The translations under genes were made by a program, and so were the position numbers. This document shows positions 56,873 to 64,000 of a stretch of 64,000 nt of DNA, in pieces. The stretch is from Bacteroidia bacterium. Lineage in GTDB: Bacteria; Bacteroidota; Bacteroidia; Bacteroidales; VadinHA17. The notes under the pieces were generated by a model, which was not told the origin of the DNA, made no database searches, and saw only the letters and a list, made by a program, of their open reading frames with translations. Where the stretch lies: assembly GCA_026391215.1 (NCBI GenBank), contig JAPLDX010000058.1, positions 64,001 to 128,000 of the forward strand. Direction: 5' to 3'. The number at the start of each line of letters is the position of its first letter. Within the stretch, counting starts at the first letter, position 1.

Positions 56873-58741
56873 ATGAAAGATCAAAAAGCTGTAAGAAAAA
56901 GTATTGTACTTCTGACAATACTGTTATGCTGTATAGCTTCACTGAATTCATCTGCCCAGCCTGTTGTGGGGCTTGATAACTGGTTTAACCGGGAGACCAA
57001 TGCAAAGACAGGACAGCCATACCATTACCTCTGGACCGATACCGAGTGGAGCGGATATTCAAGGTTTGGTGCAATATTTCAAAACAAGGGCGCCAGGATC
57101 ACAACAATTGAAAAGCCTCTTCCAGCCACATTAAGCGGCATTGATATCTATATAATTGTCGATCCTGACACTATAAAAGAATCTCCATCGCCTAATTATA
57201 TCCAGGCTGATGATGCAAAGGCTATAAAGAAGTGGGTTAAGAAGGGAGGCGTCCTGGCGATACTGGCAAACGATGCGCCTAACTGCGAATTCACACACCT
57301 GAATAAAATGATGTCGCAATTCGGTATTACCTTTAATCATGTGACGCTGCATCCTGTCTCAAACAATAACTGGGAAATGGGAGCCTGCATTAACCTGCCT
57401 GCACATCCTCTTTTTAAAGGTGTCTCAAAGATCTATATCAAAGAGGTTTCTGATATAAATCTTTCAGGAAAGGCAAAGGCTGTTCTTACTGAAAACGGCA
57501 AAGTGCTGATAGCTGAAAACAAGTATGGAAAGGGATATGTTTTTGCTATCGGCGACCCATGGATATATAACGAATACATTGACCATGACCGCCTCCCCGA
57601 AAGCTTTGAAAACAGGAAAGCAGCAGAAAACCTGGCCGATATGCTGCTGGATTACACAGTGATGCCCCTGGTCGCCCAGCCGGTTTCCAAAGAAAAGACT
57701 ATGCAAGCAATGGTTCTGGCCAATAAGTACTTCATGGAAAAATGGCCTGATGTGGGAAAAACTATTATCACCGAGCGTGAACGTCCTAGCAACATCTGGA
57801 CCCGCGGAACCTATTATGAAGGATTGATGGCTCTTTATAAGCTTAATCCCGATCCTGTGTATCTGAATTATGCTGTAAGCTGGGGAGAATTTCATAAATG
57901 GGGATTACGAAATGGTATCACAACCCGCAATGGCGATGATCAGTGCTGCGGACAGACTTACATTGATCTTTATTTTCTGGATCCTTTAAAAGAAGAAAGG
58001 ATCAGGGATATAAAAGCCTGCATCGATAATATGATCGCAACTGATAAAATTGACGACTGGAGCTGGATAGACCTTTTGCACATGTCATTGCCGGTCTTTG
58101 CCCGTCTTGGTTATATCTATAAGGATAACAGGTACTTCGACCGGGCATATGAAATGTTTATGTTCACAAAAACAAAGCATGGGACAAACGGGCTGTACAA
58201 TACTACTGATCATCTGTGGTATCGTGACAAGGATTTCGTTCCACCCTATAAAGAGCCAAACGGTAATAATTGTTACTGGTCGCGCGGAAACGGCTGGGTG
58301 CTTGCGGCACTGGCACGTACTATGGAATATCTACCCGAAAACAGTATATACAAAAATGAATTATTGAGTACTTATATGGAAATGGTTGATGCTCTTGTTG
58401 CATGCCAGCGCGATGATGGCTTCTGGAACGTGAGCCTTCTTGATCCTTCAAATTTCGGAGGGAAAGAACTTACTGGGACATCCCTCTTTGTATATGGAAT
58501 AGCATGGGGGATAAATAATGGAATACTTGATGAGAGGTATATTCCGACTGTTCAAAGAGCATGGATAGGGCTTGTGGAAGATTGTCTTCACCCTGATGGT
58601 TTTCTGGGATATGTGCAGGGTACAGGAAAGCAACCCTCAGATAGCCAGCCTGTTCGATATGATAATGTTCCGAACTTTGAAGATTTCGGACTTGGATGCT
58701 TCCTTCTCGCCGGTTCTGAAATGTACAAAATTGAAAAATAA
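56873..58741 (+). CDS. GATase-like (DUF4350-like) domain fused to a GH105/GH88 unsaturated glycuronyl hydrolase
   Basis: Signal peptide from ATG 56873, with a TATTTTTG box at 56845; IIVDPD, GDPWIYNEY; then WTRGTYYEG, W.WID.L.M, WSRGNGW, GFW, E.TGTS.F, G.GCFLLAG.E. Confidence 0.85.
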   Translation: MKDQKAVRKSIVLLTILLCCIASLNSSAQPVVGLDNWFNRETNAKTGQPYHYLWTDTEWSGYSRFGAIFQNKGARITTIEKPLPATLSGIDIYIIVDPDTIKESPSPNYIQADDAKAIKKWVKKGGVLAILANDAPNCEFTHLNKMMSQFGITFNHVTLHPVSNNNWEMGACINLPAHPLFKGVSKIYIKEVSDINLSGKAKAVLTENGKVLIAENKYGKGYVFAIGDPWIYNEYIDHDRLPESFENRKAAENLADMLLDYTVMPLVAQPVSKEKTMQAMVLANKYFMEKWPDVGKTIITERERPSNIWTRGTYYEGLMALYKLNPDPVYLNYAVSWGEFHKWGLRNGITTRNGDDQCCGQTYIDLYFLDPLKEERIRDIKACIDNMIATDKIDDWSWIDLLHMSLPVFARLGYIYKDNRYFDRAYEMFMFTKTKHGTNGLYNTTDHLWYRDKDFVPPYKEPNGNNCYWSRGNGWVLAALARTMEYLPENSIYKNELLSTYMEMVDALVACQRDDGFWNVSLLDPSNFGGKELTGTSLFVYGIAWGINNGILDERYIPTVQRAWIGLVEDCLHPDGFLGYVQGTGKQPSDSQPVRYDNVPNFEDFGLGCFLLAGSEMYKIEK

Positions 58742-58786
58742 ATCCATTAAGCGTGATATGGAAGAAGGAAGGAGAGAAGAGAGGAA

Positions 58787-58847
<61 letters not shown>

Positions 58848-58887
58848 ACGACTTTAAAGAAGGTTTGAATAATTAAATATTGATAAA

Positions 58888-60156
58888 ATGAAAAAGTTAT
58901 TTATCTCACAGTTTGTATTGCTGGCTCTTCTGAGTTTCAGTTCATGTGATAAGGCGCCTGTTTTAAAGGATGGTTCTCCGGAGTCGGTTTGTATGTCAAC
59001 AGAGCGGTTAATCCGGATTGACAAAATGATTCAACAGGGCATTGACAGCGGCTGGATAGCAGGTGCCGTAGGATTCATCGCTCATGATGGAAAAATTATC
59101 TACAACAAATCATTCGGAGTTATCGATCCTGAATCAAAGACCCCGATGCAGACAGACAACATTTTCCGCATTGCATCGCAGTCAAAAGCCATAATCAGCA
59201 TAGGAGCTATGATGCTTTTTGAGGAGGGGAAATTCCTTCTTGATGATCCGGTTTCAAAATACATTCCAGAATTTGCCAACCAGCAGGTGATTGACAAATT
59301 CAATGAAAAGGACACAACATATACGACAGTTCCTGCAAAAAGGGCGGTCACTATCCGGGACCTTTTCACTCATACTTCCGGGATTGACTATGCAGGGATA
59401 GGTTCACCGTCTATGAGGGCAATATATGCCAGGGCTGGTATTGCAGCCGGATTTGGAAGCGATAAAGCTCTGATAGGTAATGAGATGAAGGATCTCGGGA
59501 AACTGCCTCTTGCTCATCAACCCGGAGAAAAATGGACCTATGGGCTGAATGTGGATGTTCTTGGGTACCTAATAGAGATATGGTCAGGAGAGAAGCTTGA
59601 TCAGTATCTCAAAAAACGCCTTTTCGAACCTCTGGGCATGAACGATACATATTTCTATCTGCCTCCTGAAAAGCAGAGCAGGCTGGTAAAGGTAAATACT
59701 GAAGATGAAAATCATCACGTGACAGCTCTGAAGAATGATTATTTTGATTATCCTTTAATGGCGAATGGCACATATTTTTCAGGCGGTGCCGGATTAAGCT
59801 CAACTACAAAGGATTATGCCACATTCCTGCAGATGCTTCTGAACAATGGAGAATATAACGGGAAAAGGCTTCTTTCAAGGCGTACAGTTGAACTGATCAC
59901 ATCAAATCAGATAGGTGACCTGAATGTCGGCCGCGACAAGTTCGGTCTTGGCTTTGAGATCGTAACCGAAGAAGGTCAGGCCGTACTGGGATTATCGGAA
60001 GGATCATTCCTGTGGGGAGGTTACTTCGCAACGGACTACTGGGCTGATCCGAAGGAAAGAATTGTCGGACTTATATTCCTGCAGCAGTTTCCTATGAGTC
60101 ATGGCGAGATCCATAGAAAGTTCATGGCTATGGTTTACCAGGCGCTGGATGATTAG
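58888..60156 (+). CDS. Serine hydrolase (beta-lactamase/esterase family) lipoprotein
   Basis: FRIASQSK (SxxK), THTSG, PGEKWTYG, GGAGL.ST..DYA.F, WGG. Confidence 0.92.
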   Translation: MKKLFISQFVLLALLSFSSCDKAPVLKDGSPESVCMSTERLIRIDKMIQQGIDSGWIAGAVGFIAHDGKIIYNKSFGVIDPESKTPMQTDNIFRIASQSKAIISIGAMMLFEEGKFLLDDPVSKYIPEFANQQVIDKFNEKDTTYTTVPAKRAVTIRDLFTHTSGIDYAGIGSPSMRAIYARAGIAAGFGSDKALIGNEMKDLGKLPLAHQPGEKWTYGLNVDVLGYLIEIWSGEKLDQYLKKRLFEPLGMNDTYFYLPPEKQSRLVKVNTEDENHHVTALKNDYFDYPLMANGTYFSGGAGLSSTTKDYATFLQMLLNNGEYNGKRLLSRRTVELITSNQIGDLNVGRDKFGLGFEIVTEEGQAVLGLSEGSFLWGGYFATDYWADPKERIVGLIFLQQFPMSHGEIHRKFMAMVYQALDD

Positions 60157-60171
60157 AAACCTATAAAGAAA

Positions 60172-60222
60172 CCCCCCCCTTGCCTCCCGGCCAGTCGGTC
60201 GGGACAGGCTCTCCAAGGAGTG
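60172..60222. repeat. Partial G/C-rich palindromic element, copy 6, with nested hairpin
   Basis: CCCCCCCCTTG[CCTCCCGGCC-agtc-GGTCGGGACAGGC]TCTCCAAGGAG between convergent genes. Confidence 0.55.
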
Positions 60223-60229
60223 GATCTTT

Positions 60230-61381
60230 TTAGTACTTTTTGAGCAGCTCCAGCAGCTTGCTATCAAGCTTATGCCCATACCAGTCGGTGTATTCAACGT
60301 CAGCACGTCCTGAATCAAGGATACCAAAGTCGCCCCTGAAGTTCCACAGCGCATATCCTATACCTGCATTTGTCAGGATATCAATAACATCTCCGAACCA
60401 TGCAAGGAATACATTATGAGGTGTCTTGTTATAGCATCCGCATTCACCGCAGTGAACGCCAACTCCCTGGTCTTTAAGATTAATCCATGGCTTATAAAAC
60501 TCTTCAAGCTGCTCCCTTCCGTAATATTTGCCGTCGATGGTACCCGGCCATACCGGCATAGGAGCCTGTGACGGATCTTTCCATACCCAGGAGGCCTGGT
60601 AGTGCGAGACCAGCCCGGGATAATATCCGCGGCAGCTTTGAGCAATATTAAGATCTGTCAGCTCAGGGATCACATTACTGCCACCGCTGTTCCCATCTGC
60701 AACTATCAGACGATCAGGGTTTACCGCCCTGATGACCTTTACGGCGCCTTCTGCAACCTTCCTGTAAATGTCGCCAGGCACCGGACCTTTTTTCGCATAC
60801 TGATCATTCATATCTTCAATGTAGGCCGGTTCATTCAAAAGGTCAAAACTGAGCTTATCTGCCGAAATTGTTTTGTATCGTTCTGCCCACATTTTCCAGT
60901 GAGCATAAAAGGCATCCTGTGCTCCTTCATCCTTCCAGAGGTTGAAAGGCTCATGGAAACCTGCATTTATGCAGTAGCCGGGGCCCCTGTGGAGGTTAAG
61001 GCTGACATGGAGATTATATTTATTCGCCATAAATACAAGGTTATCAACCTCTTCCAGTACTTTCTGGTCAAAGTTATAAACCTCTTCAATTGTTATATCC
61101 CTGGCACGGTCAAAATCGAGGTAACGAGGGTAAGCCATTGGTATCCGCACAAAATCAAATCCCCAGTCTGCCATCCATTTAAAGTCATCTTCGGTTGTCC
61201 GGCTGCCTCCTCCCGGAGCACTGGGCGGTACAGGTGAAAACAGATCGAGAAGATTAAAGCCCTTCCAGCGGGGTAAATTATTCTTGACCACAGAAGGAGA
61301 CGCATCGTACCTTGCAAGTGTGAGTCCGGCTGCAGCAACCATTGTGTTCTTAAGGAATAGACGACGTTTCATTTTATTCAT
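60230..61381 (-). CDS. GH5 family glycoside hydrolase with Tat-like signal
   Basis: KRRLFLK signal; GFNL, WGFDFVRIP, LNLH..PG, LLNEP (acid/base), HCGECG (nucleophile), WNF. Confidence 0.9.
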   Translation of the reverse strand: MNKMKRRLFLKNTMVAAAGLTLARYDASPSVVKNNLPRWKGFNLLDLFSPVPPSAPGGGSRTTEDDFKWMADWGFDFVRIPMAYPRYLDFDRARDITIEEVYNFDQKVLEEVDNLVFMANKYNLHVSLNLHRGPGYCINAGFHEPFNLWKDEGAQDAFYAHWKMWAERYKTISADKLSFDLLNEPAYIEDMNDQYAKKGPVPGDIYRKVAEGAVKVIRAVNPDRLIVADGNSGGSNVIPELTDLNIAQSCRGYYPGLVSHYQASWVWKDPSQAPMPVWPGTIDGKYYGREQLEEFYKPWINLKDQGVGVHCGECGCYNKTPHNVFLAWFGDVIDILTNAGIGYALWNFRGDFGILDSGRADVEYTDWYGHKLDSKLLELLKKY

Positions 61382-61391
61382 TATAGGTTGT

Positions 61392-64000
61392 TTACTTAAT
61401 TTTCTTCACAGGCGCTATTGTCACAGGCCCGATGAGTCCCGATTCCCTTGGCTGCCATGAGGACGCATTGAAGATGCCATCCTTTGAGTTCTGTCTCAGC
61501 CTCGCCGCAAAATTAACGTTCAGGAATTTCTTCCATTCAATATTATTGCGGTCCATATATGCTATCCGGTTTGCCATCAGGTTTGATACCTTTATTTCGA
61601 GGGTGTTCTTCTTTTTGATTTGTTTTTTGTCAATAATCATTTTAAAATCAGGGCCTATCAGTGATCCGAGATCTTTACCATTCAACATCACATAAGCGCT
61701 TTCACAAACCCTTCCAAGGTTAAGCTCCCAGGCATCAGCCTTTTCTTTCGGTCTGGTAAAGCTTATTGAGTATTTTGCCGTACCTGAAAAATCTTTCAGT
61801 GAGGCATCACTAAAATCTGTCCATGAAAGAAGTTTTGTAATCTCAGAGCTTGCCGGCAATGATGGTCCTCCGTCTGTGAATTCAACTTTCCAGGTTCCCG
61901 TGATCTCTTTTGCCATCGCAGCATGATCGTAATAAGGATAAGGTAATCCTTCAGGCTTTACCTGGTATGTTGTCAGTATCAGGGACTCACCGGGATACAT
62001 TCTTGCATAAACTTCAATCGATCCGGACTTTCCTGTCCTGTATCCTGCCATGCCGAAATTAGCATTCATCGGATTGAAAATGGCTGCCGATGAGGCATTT
62101 ACATAAAGAGGTATCCATCCGTCGTATGCTTTTTCCCCCTAAATCTCAGATGATCATCAGACATTGTCTCTCGCCTGATCTTTGCAAAGGTGAGGAGCTG
62201 TTCCAGATTTTTTCCTGTAAGTATCATTCCTTTGCCGTAAACAGTCCCGAACACCTCCGGATTATTAGTCGGAGAGAAATTGATCCCGGCTTTCATCTGG
62301 TTGAAGAATGCTGTTTTTTCTTCTTTATCTGCCCATCCTGAAACATTTTTAGGAAGATCTCCGTATAATATTATTATGGCCCCTTCATAAGCCAGTTTCA
62401 GGATTTGAGAGAAAGTCTCTATCGGTATATATTCGGATCCGGGAAGAATAAGGGTTTTATAGATGTTCCCCTCGGTCTGTAAAAGGCCATCACTGAAAAA
62501 GGTGTTCTGTATCTGAAGGTCGGAGATATAATCATAGGCGAATCCCTTCTCAATCATTGATTCGGCAGCATCTTTAAAAGGAGTTCCGTTGTACGCCGGG
62601 CTTATTGCATCGAAATGTTCGAGCATACCTTTTCCATAATGTGCATATCTGTCGAATATTGGGAAATAGAGCAGGATATCGTTATCAGCCATTCCCTGCT
62701 GCAAAAATGACTGGACCCGTGCGACATACCCGTTAAGCGCGCGAAAATCTTTCCAGAGCGGATTTGAAGGAGTAAGTTCAACAGCAGCATAGAAAAGAAA
62801 TCCGGGCCATGGTTCATTCTGCGGGGAATAGCAGGTACCGTGATAAAAAAGATGGTTTATACCGCTTACGAAAAACAGGTCAGCGCACTTTTTTATGTCC
62901 GACAGTGTGGAAATGAAGTGTTCATTAAGCCAGGTTGCAGCCTCACAGGAGGTGTATCGTTTACCCGTTACATTCGAAGCTGATGAGGCAAATTTAAGCT
63001 TTGTAATTTCACTTCCTTCCGTTTCAGGGATATCTGCTGCAGCATAGAGATCCAGGATATTTCCCGGTGATCCATGTGACTGGCTGCGTGTTGTTTTACC
63101 CTGCCTGTGAGCCCAGGTAGTCCATTGTGAAGAGAATTTTTCGAGCAACAGGTCAGAAATTGTTTGTCTGTAATCGGACAGGATACGGGCATTTTTTTCA
63201 GGGTCATCCTTCTGGAATAGTGCAGGAAGATATTCGCTCAGGTCATACCCCCTTCTGATTCTGAACTCATATAACAGGTCATTTGTCCAGTTTGCCTGTC
63301 CTGAAGCATCGTCAACCTCGTAGGAATCATTGAAATAGCCTCTTAATGATTTTATATCATAATCCGCGAAGGCAGTATCAAAATGTTTGAGATATCTGCT
63401 GGTTGCCTGTCCTGAAAAATGATCAATGACATCACCTTCGCCTCCCGGACCTGCCCTTTCAACCTGTTTGCCATGCCATCCGGGGAAGAGGGCGTAGATT
63501 GTCCAGTTTCCCGGAGGAGCTGTCCATTCAAGGTCTCTTTCCGGGGTAACCAGGCCTGAAAGGTTTACTGCCTTTCCTGAATCGGAATAAGCTATCACCG
63601 CCTGGACCGGAAGAGGTTTCTCAAATTTGATCTGGTCCATGGCATATAGCTGGAGATCTTTATTGCGGCTTAACGGATCCTTTAGTTTTGTGATATCAGG
63701 TTTCTGTCCTATAGGTCTCATAAGTGACGGCTGCCTGTATTCAATTTTTTCAGTGAGCTTTTCGCCGGTTCTGAGCGAATATGTTTTATAGTTGATATTC
63801 TTTGAGGCATCTTCAGGATCGACCCATGGTCCGCCGAAAGGCCAGCCTGAGGCATTTGCCAGGTCAATACCGAGACCAAGCCGCTGCGCCTCATTAAGCG
63901 TATGTGTGAATACCTTCATCCATTCAGGTGACAGGTAGTTTATGAATTTATTTTCCTGTCCCTTAACGCCATAAATAACAGTTAATTCCATGCCTCCAAG
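61392..64000 (-). pseudogene. GH106-like (alpha-L-rhamnosidase family) gene split by a frameshift near 62140; 5' end outside the window
   Basis: Upstream part GMELT.IYG, YLSPEW, SGWPFGGP, FNDSYE, QSHGSP, IPETE, K.ASSA; downstream frame open from 62138 (GEKAYDGWIPL...) into the C-terminal DFSGTAKY, LGRV.ESA, SGLIGPV domain. Confidence 0.75.

Noticed and set aside
58888-60156. Antibiotic-resistance beta-lactamase
   Set aside because: The motifs fit the broad serine hydrolase/esterase family; there is no class A/C-specific evidence and no mobile context.

Overview
A 64-kb chromosomal segment of an anaerobic Bacteroidota (Bacteroidales-like) organism. The assignment rests on TAnnTTTG -7 promoter boxes, T9SS components and the bamA-skp-skp-murI gene order. 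Housekeeping and metabolic genes dominate: bamA, skp, murI, a 2-oxoacid:ferredoxin oxidoreductase, fabD, folE, queD, mqnB/D, proline dehydrogenase, ftsB, holA, amn and apbE. There is also a tungsten-type aldehyde:ferredoxin oxidoreductase locus with thiS/thiF/moeA/mog, a yedF-selD-cysteine synthase operon, and a glycan-degradation region at the right end (GH106 x2, GH105, GH5, PL14-like, sugar isomerase). I found no rRNA, tRNA, CRISPR array, transposase or prophage. Most interesting candidates: (1) an apparently autoregulated ECF sigma factor followed by a membrane-anchored anti-sigma-like protein ending in PKD domains and a T9SS type-B export signal, then a cognate PorP/SprF gene, which could be a secretion-coupled sigma checkpoint; (2) a dispersed family of 50-130 bp G/C-rich cloverleaf-like intergenic palindromes carrying different nested mini-hairpins; (3) a tandem pair of receiver-domain/PPDK-ATP-grasp proteins lacking the pyruvate-binding domain; (4) the selD operon with a Cys-tailed cysteine synthase; (5) several apparent deletion scars. 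All product calls come from motif recognition by eye; no database searches were run.
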